DNA of 64,000 nucleotides, taken from positions 248,001 through 312,000 of the forward strand of contig NC_087446.1 in the NCBI RefSeq assembly GCF_036321535.1. Direction: 5' to 3'. How positions within the stretch are numbered: the stretch's first letter is position 1; each line of letters starts with the position of its first letter. The DNA is from Camelus dromedarius (lineage: Eukaryota). Of the stretch, positions 47,501 through 60,830 are shown in pieces. Below the pieces are notes generated by a model. That model saw only the letters and a list, made by a program, of their open reading frames with translations, had not been told where the DNA came from and ran no database searches. The position numbers and the translations under genes were made by a program.

Positions 47501-50264
47501 AAGACTCCCCTCCAGTCCTCGGCCCTCCCCGGTGCCAAGCACGTTCCGCCCCAGAACCATAGAACACTTTTCAGCTCGCTACAAGGCCACATCTTTCATC
47601 CCAAAGTTAGGTCACAGGCACAAAAAAAAGGAAACCAAAGTTAGGTCCCCCAGTCAAACTCCTCATGGAACCCTCAACTTTCTTTTCAAACCTCTCAGCA
47701 GTTTGTGGTTACACAAAGACACACGAGTGGGGAGGAGGGTGGGCTCTGCTCTGGCACCTGCTAGCCAGGACTTTGAGCATTTAACCTCTCTACCCCTCTG
47801 TAGAACCGGTATCTGTACTAACAGGGCTCTCGTGAGGATGAAATGACTTTATATACACAAAGCACATAAAACAGTGCTTGAGTGAGCACTGAATGCATGT
47901 TATGTTTACAACTCTGGGTGGTTACTGCATTAGATCCAACTTCCCACAAGAATGAAGCAGGGACTGCTGTTCGCTTGCCACTGTTTCCTCAGTGTTTGAT
48001 GGTTCTTAGCACACAACAGTCAACAATTATGAGTCAATAAATGGATGAGAGAGAACTACAACATAAAATGTGTTTTTAAAAAAAGAAGAAAAGTATTCTG
48101 GTAGCTGTGTGTAAAATGAAAGGAGGAGGAAAACAAAACCAGAGGCAGGGAAACCAGGGCTTCACAGGGCAGAGAAGGTTTGGAAAAGCAGACCTACGAA
48201 GCAGGAGGGGAGCTGACCAAGAAAGGAAGTAGGTTTACCAGGCACCCCCAAGCACCCTGCTCCATGTGGAAGCCTGAATTTGCAGTAGCCCCACCTGGCA
48301 CAGTTCTCTGCATTCTCTCAGGAGATTGTACGTTCAAGCATGTAAGGCCCATCATCAGATCAACTGTTCTTTTAACAAACATTTATTCTGCACCTACTAT
48401 GTGCTAGGCGTTCTATTAAGCAAAGGGAAGAGCGCATGAACATGGTCCCTGTCCTCCCAGAATTTACATGCTGGCGTGGAAACAGACCACAAACAAGGTA
48501 CAGAACAGCCTGTAATGAGCATTCTAAAATACAGAAGGCACTACCAGAGAGAACTATTTTAGACACAGTGGTCAGCTGGCATTTACACTGAAACATACAG
48601 GACAACAAGGAATCAGTCATAAAAAGAACTGGCGAAGAATATTCCCCAGCAAAGGCAAAAAATATAAAAACCCTCAGCAAAGAATGAGCTTGGGTGTTGC
48701 AGACTAACTGGCTGGAAAGAACAGGTGAAGAGCCTAAGACAAGGCGAAAGCAGTGAGCAATGCCAGATTCAGAGAAGGGAGGTTTGTTTTTTATTTGGGG
48801 GTGGTGGGTATTAGGTTGATTTACTTGTTTATTTTTAATGAAGGTACCGGGGATTGAACTCAGGACCTCGTGCAGAGCTAATCCACCACTGAGCTGTTCC
48901 CCTCACTCCCAGAGAAGGAAGTTTGGATTTTATTCTGAGAGCAGTGGAAAGCCACTGAGAGGTTTTAGCCAGGGCAGTGCTGTAGTCTGATTTTAACTTT
49001 AAAGAATAATACTTGTAGCTGGGTGGAGCATGAATTGCATAGGGCCAAAAACAACAGTAGGGAGTCTGGGAAGGAAGGTTTTTACATGAATCTGAGCCAG
49101 AGGGTGGCCTGAACCAGAGAAAAAGGAAAACGGGTGAATTCAAGTGAAATTCTGATGGCATAACTGACAGAACTCATGGGTGAACTGGTGTGGAGTGTGC
49201 TTTTCTTAGCTTTCCCTTGGTTAACAGTGGTGCCATGTACCAGGATCAGGAACACTGGGATTTGAGCAGGAAAATAAAGAGCTTTCCTTTAAGCATATTA
49301 AGTCTGAGATGCTTGTGTGACATCTAAGTGGAACGTCAAGATGTAGCTGTAAACACAAAACAGATTCAGAGAAAAGGCCTGGAATGTAAATATAAATGGG
49401 AGGAGGGCAGGGGGAAAATAAACCAATTTAGGAGTTGTCCTCATACACGAGATACCTAAAGTCATGGAAATAAATTAGATTGTTTAGGGGAAGTGTGTAG
49501 AGAGATGGCTCAGGCCACACCCTGAGGAGCTCAACACTGAGACTGGAGAGAAACAGTCAGCAATGAAATTAGAAGAAAATCAGAATACCAAAACCTGTTT
49601 CAAAAAAGAGGGTGTGGTCAGCCCAACAAATGCTGCTAGGATGACACTTGTGGTGACCCTTGGATTTGGTAAGAGGGAGGTCATTACTGATCTAAGCAAG
49701 AGCAACACAAGTGCGCTGAGGAGTAAAAGTGAAGTACAGAAATGCGGCGGACAGCTCCTTAACGAGGTCTAGACATAGTTGTCAAATATGGAGAAAAGAT
49801 TAATGGTGATGCGATGAACATGGCAGTAGCCTGAAACTGGTTTGAAAATCTAAGATAAGAAATCTCTTATATCATGATCCAGATCTCTCACACACCCAAA
49901 CATGCACACAAATTCTATTCTACTCTATTATAGAAAAGTGCTGGTCACCACCCACTAAATCAATTTCAGTGCTCACTGGACCTGTAATGACAGTTCCAGC
50001 TTAATCTAATAAGGGATGTCTTCTCGGGGCAGAAATGGATAAAAGAAACGAGCCTGAGGACGAGTGCGGTTAGAGCGCCGGACGGACACACACCAGGAGG
50101 CGGCGGGGATGCCCGGCAGCTCGCGCCCCGCGCCACTCCCCGGGGGCCGCCCTCACCTCCTCCAGATATTCGCCCAGCTGGGCCGCCACGTCCACCTCCC
50201 AGTTCTTGGTGAGGTCCCGAATGGGCTGTAGGAGATGGGCGAAGCGCGCCTCCACGTCCTCCAT
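38503..50264 (-). CDS. NCAPH2: Condensin-2 complex subunit H2 (kleisin beta), 603 aa, 20 exons
   Basis: Exons (minus): 50264-50157, 45695-45594, 43013-42958, 42850-42769, 42693-42625, 42502-42423, 42344-42211, 41917-41834, 41473-41343, 40612-40559, 40313-40247, 40104-39997, 39897-39844, 39690-39620, 39537-39444, 39355-39287, 39191-39136, 39055-38954, 38862-38713, 38643-38503, total 1812 nt, in frame. [25 protein letters not shown]...[13 protein letters not shown]. One GC donor, after exon 14. Confidence 0.95.
43785..43975. mobile_element. MER3/MER33-like hAT element in NCAPH2 intron 2
   Basis: cagcgctgcactaccgaac..agccacgtgtggct....ccactggtcagtgctg termini. Confidence 0.5.
48370..49800 (-). 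mobile_element. L2 LINE remnant, with a Vic-1-like SINE at ~48781-48910
   Basis: L2 3' hallmark (aacatttattctgcacctactatgtgctagg) and a nested tRNA-derived SINE on -. Confidence 0.55.
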
Positions 50265-50589
50265 GTCCGGGAGGGGCCGGGTTGGCCCGGGGACCACAGC
50301 TCCGGCTTGGAGGGGGCCAGTAGCCTCAGCCCGCCACTAGTTCTGGCGCCATTTTGCTGTTCCCGCCCAGGAAACGATGTAGCTCAGGGCGACCCGCGCA
50401 CACCTCTGACGTACAGCGGCCGAAGCGCGACGGAAGTGACCTCAGCGGGGGGGGGGGGGGCGGGGCACGTGTGGGGGCGGGGCGTGTGCCGGCGTGGGGA
50501 CGGATGGGCGGGGTTTGCAGTTGCCGCCGCGGAGCGGGGCGGGGCCGGGCGTGACCCCGGGCTCCAGTCCAGCCCGCCGCGTAGCGGAC
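50265..50589. promoter_or_regulatory. Bidirectional CpG-island promoter shared by NCAPH2 and LMF2
   Basis: ATGs are 325 nt apart, head to head. YY1 CGCCATTTT 50347-50355, ETS CGGAAGTG 50431-50438, TGACGT 50407-50412, GC boxes. Confidence 0.85.
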
Positions 50590-53500
50590 ATGGCGGGCTC
50601 CCGGCTCCCACGGCAGCTCTTTCTCCAGGGCATGGCTGCCGTCTTCATGTTTGCCTTCGCTTCCCTCTACACGCAGATCCCAGGTGAGGGCGCGGGCGGC
50701 ACACCCCCAGCCTGCGCCATATGACCCCTCATCTCCCCACCGGACACTCCGCTGTCCCGGGGTAGAGGGGTGAGGTCCAGGCCCTGATGCTTGGGGTAGG
50801 GGGCTGCGGTTCGTGTTCTGCAGGCCGCGAGGGTGTGGGCGGTGGGAAGGTGTGCAATGGTCCGTCTCCAGTAGGGTTCCGGGTTCTGACCTGCGGCGGG
50901 GGTGACCTGAGGTGGGGGTGGGCCAGACCTAGTAGGCTGGTGAGAGAGAAGGCTCTGACCTGAAGGAAAGGGGAACAGGGATGTGCTGGTGGCAGACCCT
51001 GACCTGCGGAGTCGAGCAGGCCTTCTGGGGCCTGACCTTGGTTGGGATGTTAGCTGGTTCTGGCCTGAGTGGATCTGGAGAGTCTGCAGGCCTTGATCGG
51101 GGGGTGGGGGGGGGGGGCAGAGTCTGCAGTCTGCCTGTCATGACCTAGGTCTCAGGGGGAGGTGGGGGCGGTCTAACCTTGGTGGGCAGTGTCCAGGGCC
51201 TAGCCCTGACATGCCCTCCCACAGGCCTATATGGTCCTGAGGGCATCCTCCCTGCACGGAGGACCCTGAGGCCGCAGGGAAAGGGACGCTGGCAGCAGCT
51301 GTGGGAGACCCCGACACTGCTCTGGGAGGCGCCACTGCTGGGGCTGGACACAGCCCAGGGCCTGGAGCTTCTGAGCCTGCTGGGCACCCTGCTGGCCCTG
51401 GGTGCACTGCTGCTGCCCCAGCTGCGCCACCTCCTCACCTACCTGCTGCTCTGGGCCGCCTACCTGTCTGCCTGCCAGGCAAGTGCCCCTCTGGGACCCT
51501 TGTCACCAACTCAGTCCAGGCCCATCCATCCTCCACCCCACCCCATCTCTGCCTTGCCTGCCTCTGCAGACACACACCCCCTGCTCCCTGACAGCCCTTC
51601 TCCCTGCAGGTGGGCCAGGTGTTTCTTTATTTCCAGTGGTGAGTGACTGTTGGGTGTGGGGCTTCAGGAGGCTGGGTGGGTGGGATGGGTGGGGTGCTTG
51701 TCTCTCTGGGAGGACCCCCGGGGGGAGCAGTCTTGATGGGGAGGGGCCCTTTGTGCTACTCTTTCTCCCCACAGGGATTCCCTGCTGCTGGAGACTGGGT
51801 TCCTGGCTGTGCTAGTGGCCCCTCTGAGGCAGCCCCCCCACCACAAGCAGGCTCCCCAGGGCAGGGTGGCAGGGGCCTCACCCCACGAAGGCCTACCCTT
51901 CTGGCTCGTACGCTGGCTGCTGTTTCGTCTCATGTTTGCATCGGGCGTGGTCAAGCTGACCAGCCGTTGCCCCGCATGGTGGGGGCTCACCGGTGAGGGT
52001 CCCTGCCTGGACATGGGGCCATCTTGGGGGCTCTGCCCAGCTCTGATCACCTGCCTGTTACCTGCAGCCCTCACCTACCACTATGAGACGCAGTGCCTGC
52101 CCACACCAGCCTCCTGGTTCGCCCACCACCTGCCTATCTGGCTGCACAGGCTCTGCGTGGTGGCCACCTTCCTCATCGAGATCGCAGTGCCCCCTCTGTT
52201 CTTCGCTCCTGTTCGCCGCCTGCGCTTGGCTGCCTTTTACTCCCAGGTGGGTGGGGTCCTCAGCCATCAGAGAGACATGGCCTTCTTCTGCACTGCTCAG
52301 AGGGCCCAGAGAGCGGGGATGGGGTGTCTGGTGCCAGCAGTTTCAGAAAGGCTTCATGGGCAGAGGAACACATTAGCTTGAGGTGCGAAGCTGTGCCTGT
52401 GGGGCAAGGCTGCAGCCTCGCTGGAGGCTGTTCACCTTAAGTTAGCAGGGGCAGGTGGGGAAGGGCCACACGAGGCATGCTGAGCTTGGTGAGGAGCCAA
52501 GGAAGGTGCGAGCAGGGGGCGAGAACAGTTGGAGTGGGAACAGCAGAGGCCAGGAGGTGATGAGGAGGGCACAGGGGCCTGAAGGAGAGACCCGGGTGTG
52601 GGGCGCAGAGGGGCCTGGAAGCAGGCTCTGAAGGGCCCAGGAAGGGGGCGGCCCTGGGAACCCTGAGTCCAGCCCCTCCCCAGGTCTTGCTGCAAGTCCT
52701 GATTATCATCACGGGCAACTATAACTTCTTCAACCTGCTCACCCTGGTGCTCACCACTGCCCTCCTGGATGATGCTCACCTGCCTGCGAAGTTGGGTAAC
52801 AGCCGCCGCAGGAGGACGCCCACCTGTGAGTGTCAGCCTGTCCCAGGCAGCTAGCCATCCTCACACCTGCTGCCCGCCAGGGTGGTGCCAACACCCCCAA
52901 GTGACCCCAGCCCCCGGCCATATATGGACCCTCCAGCCCTGTTCCCAGCCGACCGATGACTGTCTTGCCCTCCAGCCTGGCCCAAGGCTCTGCTGGCCAT
53001 GCTGTCCCTGCTCCTGGAATTGGCAGTCTACGGGCTGCTGGCCTACGGCATGGTACACTACTTTGGCCTGGAGGTCGACTGGGAGCAGCACACTGTTCAC
53101 TCCAAAACAAGTGAGTGCCAGAGATAACCTCAGAAGGCAGGGGCTGGACCACCTTCCTCACACCCTCCAGCCCCCCTCACACCCTCTTCCTTTCACAGCC
53201 TTCACCTTCCACCAGTTCTCCCAGTGGCTAAAGACGGTGACCCTACCCACCATGTGGCTGGGGGCAGCCTCCCTTGCCTGGGAACTGCTGACTGCCTTCT
53301 GGAGGTATACTGTCTGAGGGGGTGGGATAGGGCTGTGCAGGGCAGGCCTGACTGCACTTCGGTCCCCTGCCCCCCAGGTGGACCCAGGTGCAAGGATGGC
53401 TGCAGAAGTTCTGTGCTGCAGTCCAGCTGTCCATCTTTGGCACCGCCACGGTGGCTCTGTTCATGATCAGCCTGGTGGGTAGCCCTTCAGGGGAGGGGGA

Positions 53501-54797
53501 GGGGTTGGGAGAGGACTGGAAGGTCTTTGCTGAGCCTCTGCGTACCTGTCTCCAGGTGCCATACTCCTACATGGAGCCCTCAACCCATGGACGTCTCTGG
53601 ACTGGAGCCCACCGCCTGTTTGGCGCCGTGGAGCACCTGCAGCTGGCCAACTCCTATGGTCTCTTCCGCCGAATGACTGGTCTGGGTGGGCGGCCTGAGG
53701 TGGTGCTGGAGGGCAGCTATGACGGACATCACTGGACGGTGAGGGCACCCCCGGTCCCCTGTGAAAGGCACCAGGCTGGCTCCACAGAGTTGGGGAGAGT
53801 GGGGAACCACGTCCTACTGGCTGTGTTAAGGTGACTCTACCCGGCAGGAGATTGAGTTCATGTACAAGCCCGGAAACGTGAGCCGGCCGCCCCCCATCGT
53901 GACACCCCACCAGCCGCGCCTTGATTGGCAGATGTGGTTCGCGGCCCTGGGCCCCCACACGCACAGTCCCTGGTTCACGAGCCTGGTCCTTCGCCTGCTG
54001 CAGGGCAAGGAGCCTGGTGAGGCTGGGTTGGAGGGGTGGGGCCTTGATGGGCAAGGGGCTGGGGCAGGGCCTTGGTGGGGTGGGGCCGCGGCAGCCACCA
54101 AATGCTGAGTACCGTCCCCACCCCCCGCAGTGATCCGCCTCATCCAGAACCACGCATCTGGGTACCCCTTCCACAAGCAGCCACCAACCTATGTGCGAGC
54201 TCAGCGCTATAAGTACTGGTTCTCGCAGCCTGGGGAGCAGGGGTAAGGCCGGGTGCCAAGCCGGGTACTGGGGCCCGTGGGATGCTGGGCCTGTGCGCCG
54301 CCGCCGCCTGAGCGCCCTGTGCTGTTGCAGACAGTGGTGGCGCCGCCAGTGGGTGGAGGAATTTTTCCCACCTGTGTCCCTGGGGGACCCGACGCTGGAC
54401 ATGCTACTCAGGCAATTCGGCCTTCAGGTAGAAAGGTGTTAGCCAGGCTGGGGCAGATGGCAGGGTGGCCACAGGGTGGCCCCCTGAACTTTCCTCAATC
54501 CTGCCTCCACAGGACAAGAGCCCACCTCGGGCCCGCAGCTCCAGCAACACCCTGACCCAGGCCCTCCACTGGGTACGGAAACAGCTATCTCCCCTGGAGG
54601 CCCCCACTATCCTCTGGGGGCTCCTCCTGACCGTGGCAGGCATTAGGGTCATGCAGGCCCTACTGGGCCCCTGGGCCCCGCCTCTGGCCAGGGAGGAGAA
54701 GCACAGGCCAGCCCCCAGGGAGGACACTGCCAGCAAACAAGCTGCCTCAGCCCCCAACGACAGCAGTGGTTCCCAGACCCCCCGACGGAAAAAGTAG
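50590..54797 (+). CDS. LMF2: Lipase maturation factor 2, 699 aa, 14 exons
   Basis: Exons 50590-50683, 51225-51478, 51610-51638, 51775-51992, 52068-52246, 52684-52825, 52976-53110, 53199-53304, 53378-53474, 53556-53738, 53848-54016, 54131-54242, 54331-54427, 54513-54797 total 2100 nt, in frame. [14 protein letters not shown].., LMF motifs ([24 protein letters not shown]), C-terminal RRKK*. One GC donor, after exon 2. Confidence 0.96.
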
Positions 54798-55227
54798 TTG
54801 CGTCCTATCAGCTGCACATCTTGAGGGGGTCGGGGTCCCAGCTCCTCTCTGGCCTTCTGCAGCAGGATACGGCCCAGCCACCGTGCCTTAGCCAACCGCC
54901 ACACAGACCCAGGTTGGGGTGCTGCCCTTCTGCTCCCAGGGCCCACCTGTCCCCCCACGCCAGCCACATTCTGTCCGAGGTCACCTTCTCACCTGATCGA
55001 TGGCTCAGGAGGGCCGTGTGTGACGTGGCTCGGGGTCCTTCCCAGGACGTGGTCAGCAGGCCTGTGGGAGGCTCTTTCCCTCTGCCCCTACTGTAGGGGT
55101 CCGAGTCTGATGGCCCTGGCCCCAGCCCCTGCACAAGGGATGAGGCTGACCTGCTGAGGAAGAGGTGGAAAGACGGCCCTGAGGTCATGTCCACACCAGC
55201 CTGTCCCATCATTTGGATCCGTGAGCC

Positions 55228-55233
55228 AATAAA
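55228..55233 (+). terminator. LMF2 polyadenylation signal (AATAAA)
   Basis: First AATAAA after the LMF2 stop. Confidence 0.75.
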
Positions 55234-56134
55234 GGCAATTTGTGCTTGACCATGTGCCTGACTTTTCCTTCCCACTGGGGAGGCCTGAGGACAGTGGGCC
55301 TGCCCTGCCTTGGGTGGTGGACACAGCCCAGATGCTGTCCGGCTGATAGCTGGCCTGGCTTCGTGGGTGCCTTAGCTGTCTAGTCCTCCACGTTCCCGTC
55401 TATAAAGTGAATACAAAGCCCTGGCCCAGCGCTGCCTGAGGCCCTCAGCCTCAGCCTGGCACAGCCTGGCTGACCTGTCAGCTCCACACATCAAGGCTGC
55501 GAGGCCAGGGCTAGATTGTGGAGCCTGTGAGGGCTGGAGGATTCCCCAGAACCCAGCCCCTTCCCACTCTCCTGCTCCCGCTTCCTCATCTCAGGGGACT
55601 GAAGGGTCAGCCCACTGGACCTTGCTTAGGCAGGGGTGAAGGAGGAGGGGAGGGGAGGTGGGAAGGGCGGGCATGGGCACCATGTCAGGAAGCTTGTCAG
55701 GCCCCTGGCAGAGCGGAATGGGGTATGCGTGGGGAGAGGAGCATGGAATGGAGGCCCTGGGCCAGGGGCAGAAGAGGGAGGATGCATCTGACCACCTGTA
55801 TTCTGACTATTTCCTGGGAACAAGAGTTGAATGCACTGTCCAGGTTTCTGTTTGGGGATCAGTTGTCAATCAGGAGGTCACGGCCCTCCCTGTGCCTGGC
55901 TCTGTCTTCAGCCCCCACCCCTCATGCTTCACCTTACAGACCCCTGGACGGCCCTTCAAGGTGCCCAGCTCCTCTGACTGACCCAAGTGGCTGGAGCTGC
56001 ATGCTCAGCCTGTGCCCACAGTCACACACGGCTCAAGGGGACCTATGACTGAGCCTTCCGATGCTCTCACACATGATTAAATCATCTACAAGCTGACTTT
56101 TTTGCTCAAGCCTGTATAGCTGGCCATCTTTCCT

Positions 56135-56430
56135 CAGCATCTACAGCCACAAACTCCACCAACTGCAGATTGAAAAGAATCGAAAAAAATTCCATGAAGT
56201 TCCAAAAAGCAAAACTTGAATCTGCTGCACAACCAGCAACTAGTTGCACAGCATTTGCGTTGTATTAGGTATTACAGGTAGCCTAGAAGTGATTTAGGGC
56301 ATATAGGAGGGTGTGTGTAGGCTTATGCAAGCACTATTCCATTGTATACTATGTACTTGAGCATCCACAGATTTTGGTATCTGGACAGGGATTCCTGGAA
56401 CAAACCACCTGGAATACAGAGAAAGGATGG
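56135..56430. mobile_element. MER2-like (Tigger) element
   Basis: aagttccaaaaagcaaaacttgaa..agcatccacagattttggtatc..cctggaacaaac. Confidence 0.6.
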
Positions 56431-56499
56431 TAATATAATAAAACGTTAAAACCTGTTCTTTTTCTTAAGCTTTTGAGCTTAGTGTATGAATCTGCCTTT

Positions 56500-58140
56500 G
56501 GGGTTATTGTTTTGTTTTCTGTAACAGCCTTCCTGAGATATAATTCATATGCCTACAATTCACCCACTCACAGGGCACAATTCAGCAGATACAGGGTTGT
56601 GCATCCATCACCGTAATCAATTGTAAAGCCTTTTTATCAACTCGAGAAGAATGCCTGTTCCATGTAGCAGGCATCTTCCGCCCTGCTCCTTCCCATGCCC
56701 TAGGCAACAACTAATCTACTTTTTGTCCCCATGGAGTTACCTATTCTGGACACTATATGTAAATAGAATCATACAATTTGTGCCCTTTTATGTCTGGCTT
56801 CTTTTGCTTAGCATAACGTTTTCAGAGTATGTCCGTATAGTAGCAGGTGCCAGAACTTCGTTCCTTTTTATGGCTGAATAGTATTCCATTATATGTTGAT
56901 ACCGCATTTTGTTCATCCATTGATCCATCAATAGACATNNNNNNNNNNNNNNNNNNNNNNNNNNNNNNNNNNNNNNNNNNNNNNNNNNNNNNNNNNNNNN
57001 NNNNNNNNNNNNNNNNNNNNNNNNNNNNNNNNNNNNNNNNNNNNNNNNNNNNNNNNNNNNNNNNNNNGATTTTATGGTTAACTTTTTGAGGGGCCACCTA
57101 ACTTTTCCACAGCAGCTGCACCCTTTCACATTCCCTCCAGCAGTGTCCCAGGGCTCCTGTTTCTTCACATCCTTACTGACACTTGTTATTTTCCCTTTTT
57201 TGACAACATCCATCTCTTTATAGTGTCCTTTGACACACAAAAGTTTTTAGTGTTTATAAAGTCCAATTAATTTTTTTTTATTGNNNNNNNNNNNNNNNNN
57301 NNNNNNNNNNNNNNNNNNNNNNNNNNNNNNNNNNNNNNNNNNNNNNNNNNNNNNNNNNNNNNNNNNNNNNNNNNNNNNNNNNNNNNNNNNNNNNNNNNNN
57401 NNNNNNNNNNNNNNNNNNNNNNNNNNNNNNNNNNNNNNNNNNNNNNNNNNNNNNNNNNNNNNNNNNNNNNNNNNNNNNNNNNNNNNNNNNNNNNNNNNNN
57501 NNNNNNNNNNNNNNNNNNNNNNNNNNNNNNNNNNNNNNNNNNNNNNNNCTGACTGCATATGTAAGGGCTCTGTTACGGAATGTCTGTTCTGGTCCATGGG
57601 TCTGTACATCTGTCTTTATGCCAGCGTCACACTGTTTGGATTACTGTAGCTTTGTAGTAAGTTTTGAAGTTGGGAAGTCTGAGTCTGCCAGCTTTATTAT
57701 TCTTTTTCAAGACTTTTTGACTATTTGGGGTCCCTTGAGATTTTAGAATGGATTTTTCTTTTATTTCTGCAAAAAAGTCCCATTGGGATTTTGACAAAGA
57801 TTGCATCGAATCTGTAGATCACTTTGATAGTACAGTTGACCCTTGAGCAATGCCAAGGTTAGTGGTGCCGACCTCCATGCAGTCAAAAATCCAAGTATAA
57901 GCTTAGAGTTGGCCATCCACATCCAAGGTTCTGCATCCATGGATTCAACCAGCCAAGGATTGTGTAGTACGGTGGTGGTAGCTAGTGGGGAAAATCCACA
58001 TATAAGTGGACCCTTGCAGTTCAAATTGGCATTGTTCAGGGTCAACTGTATCGTCTTAACAATGGTAAGTCTCCCAATCCATGTACTTTTATTTTCTCTC
58101 TTCTATTTGAATCTAGCCGGTTTTAGCAATAACTCTCAAG
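56500..58140 (-). mobile_element. L1M(B)-type LINE-1 fragment containing two assembly gaps
   Basis: Reverse-strand L1 3'UTR/ORF2 phrases; MEYYSAIKRNE in the translation. Confidence 0.8.
57833..58048. mobile_element. 216-bp Tigger2-derived MITE
   Basis: TIRs cagttgacccttgagcaatg / cattgttcagggtcaactg; TA duplications at 57831-57832 and 58049-58050. Confidence 0.85.
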
Positions 58141-58924
58141 GGCTCCACTTATAAATTTTAAATGCCTAAAATATTTTAACTGCTTTACAAATTTAACTTG
58201 AATTTATTTTTTAACTGCTCAGTTATCTAACCTAACAAACTTTCCAAGCTTCAAAAAAAAAAAAAAACCCATAAATAAATAGCTGTACAAATGCAGTGAG
58301 CCAATGATTCTCTTGAATGTCCCTATACCAGGAATAAACTTCCTAAGATTGACCAGGGGCAAAGCTGTGCCACAGCCCAGCCTGGTGAGGACACAGGGTG
58401 CCTGGATCCAGGGCAGACTGACTCCCAGCTTCAGATGCAGAGTCCAGTGTGGCTAGAACATGGTCCCATTGCTGCTGGTGAGTGCCAGGGCTCTCTCCTT
58501 CTTGCCTCCCACCCAGACTCCTGGAAGGGCAGATCCCCTCCATGGGAGGAGTCCCAACACTGGAAAACCTGATGCCCACTCCAGGTGCCTGGCCCCTGAT
58601 GAACCCATCTTTCTGATTCACACTCACACGGTGTTCCACTGACACAAGGCAGTCACTATGTCTCCCTGACCCTAACCCTGGCTCATGCCAAGGCCGGAGG
58701 CCCCCAGGTCTACTCCTCTTCCACACCCACCCCTTCGAGCTCAGCACAGCCCAGTCTCAAAATTCCACGATTCCCACAGTGAACTGTGAGGTTAGCCACC
58801 AAAAGAGACAAAAAATTGACTCATGTTTGAAGGACAACAAAGGAGAAGATGCCTGTTGTGCTTGTTCCTGCAATAATCCCCAGCTGGTGTTTAGGGCCTC
58901 CTCCACCCGCACCGTTTAGAGGCA

Positions 58925-59540
58925 CCTTGTTACCAAAACTAGCTTGGAAAATTAAGCCAATCTGCGACCTGGTTGTGGTGAAGGAAAGCACAGCGTTTCC
59001 TGCAGGTGCCCAGCTAGGAGTCCAAGCAGCTGGCGCTCAGAAGGCCGGAACTCCCCGAAGGCTTTCAGGGAAAAGTTTTTAAAGACAGGGTGAGGGCAGG
59101 AGTTGTGGGCTGTGTGATCAGCTGGAGAACACTCTCTGATTGGTGGGTAGTGAGGTCTTGGGGCGTCAGCATCATCAGCCTTCTGGTTCCAGCTGGTCTG
59201 GGGTCTCCGGGCTGGTGGGCAGCACAGTTAACTTCCTCCGCCTGGTGGGGGTTTCAGCACCTGCAAAGTAGCTCAAAGGATGGGGCTCAGAGTATGATCC
59301 ACAGACCCTGAGGAGGAGCTACAGGTCCTTGACTTTGTTTAATAGCTAAACTATTATTATTTTGTCTTGCTGGACTGTTTTCCTTTCTTTCTGTGTTTTC
59401 TCACTTCTCTGATTAAGTGTACTATTTGGAACTCAGGGAGGCCTATGAGGCTAAAGTTTTTCTAGAAACCAGAGGCAGGCAGAGGACATGGGGGCCAAGG
59501 GGGGCCTGTCCTGGAAAGGCCCCAGAGGGTCCTGCTTGGT
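58925..59540. mobile_element. Probable ERV1-class solo LTR
   Basis: Begins tgttacc..; internal composition typical of ERV1 LTRs. Family not identified. Confidence 0.45.
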
Positions 59541-60364
59541 GACAGTCTGAGCCCTTGGGCCCATCTGCAGAGGGCACTGTGTCTTCCACTGACCCTGGCC
59601 GCTGGGCCTGGTGGTTTTCGAGCATCCCGGGGTCTCCTGGAGCTTGTTCCGCATCCTCCCGCCTCTCAGCCGCCCGCCAGCAGCCCTTTCCCGGTGGGGG
59701 TCCACGCCAGCCACACCTGCGCGTCCAGTGGCAGAGGTGCTCTAAACTGTGTCCCACTCAGAGGAGATGCTGCTGTGTCTCTGGGAGGAGGCCCTGCTTC
59801 CTCAGGAGCCACAGTCCACATGCGGCATCACCCGGTCACTGGGACAGGCAGCCACAGCCTCGCCTGGGGTGGCAGGTGTAAGAGTGAGAGCCGCTCCCCT
59901 ACAGACACCGGACTGTTCGGGGCTCCCCGCCGGGCATTTTCCGCAGCCTGACTCCCAAGGGCAGTGTCTCTGAGCTGGCACCAGGGCCGGGTCTTCAGTG
60001 GTCTCTGCACCACTCACTCCCTCAGATCATTGGTTTGGGGTCATGGGGTGTAGGGGGTCCTGCGAACACCAGCCTCTCCTTTAAGCAGAGGCAGCGCTGC
60101 ACAGGCCCCTCAGTGAAGGGCGTTTGTGAGTCAGTGGACGGCAGTGCTGAAGGGAGCATGGGGTGGGTGGCAGGTCCACACACAAGTGGGTCAGTGGTGA
60201 CAAATTGCCGCTCACTACATGGGAGATCCCTTTGGGAGTGGCCACCTGCTCCCCTTGGGCTCTGGGGTGGCCATGCTGGTAGCCCTGGAGTTTGGTGAGA
60301 AAGCTACACGTGGCCTCCACTTCTGCCTGCATGGAGCCCCCGGGGCCAGCTTTGCGGTTTCTGC

Positions 60365-60830
60365 AAAAGGAAGTCACCAGGCCATCTGGTCTCAGGACCC
60401 CTGTACATTCTTAAAAATTACTGAGGACCCCAAACAGATTTTGTTTATTAGGATTCTTTCTGTCAATGTTTACCACATTGGAAATCACACTGAGAATATC
60501 TTTAAATATTTGCTTATTAATTTTATTTAAATGTAAAAATGAACTCACTATGTGTTATCATAATAAATTTTTAATTGAAAGGTAACTATTTTTCAAGATA
60601 AAAATGAGTGAGAAGAGTGGCATAATTTTATGTTTTTGCAAAATCTCTTTAATGTCTGGCTTCTTATATCCACTTCTGGTCAATGTTACAATATGCTTTG
60701 GTCAAAATATATTAAGACAGTCCGGCCTCAGCAAGATGTTTTGTTGGAAAAGGGACGAGTATTTTACATTATTTTATTTTACTTTTTATTGTAGTTTTGA
60801 TTTGCATTTCTCTAGTAGTGACACCAAACA
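60365..60830. mobile_element. Charlie-like hAT remnant
   Basis: ggtctcaggacccct..ttaaaaattactgaggacccc signature. Confidence 0.55.
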
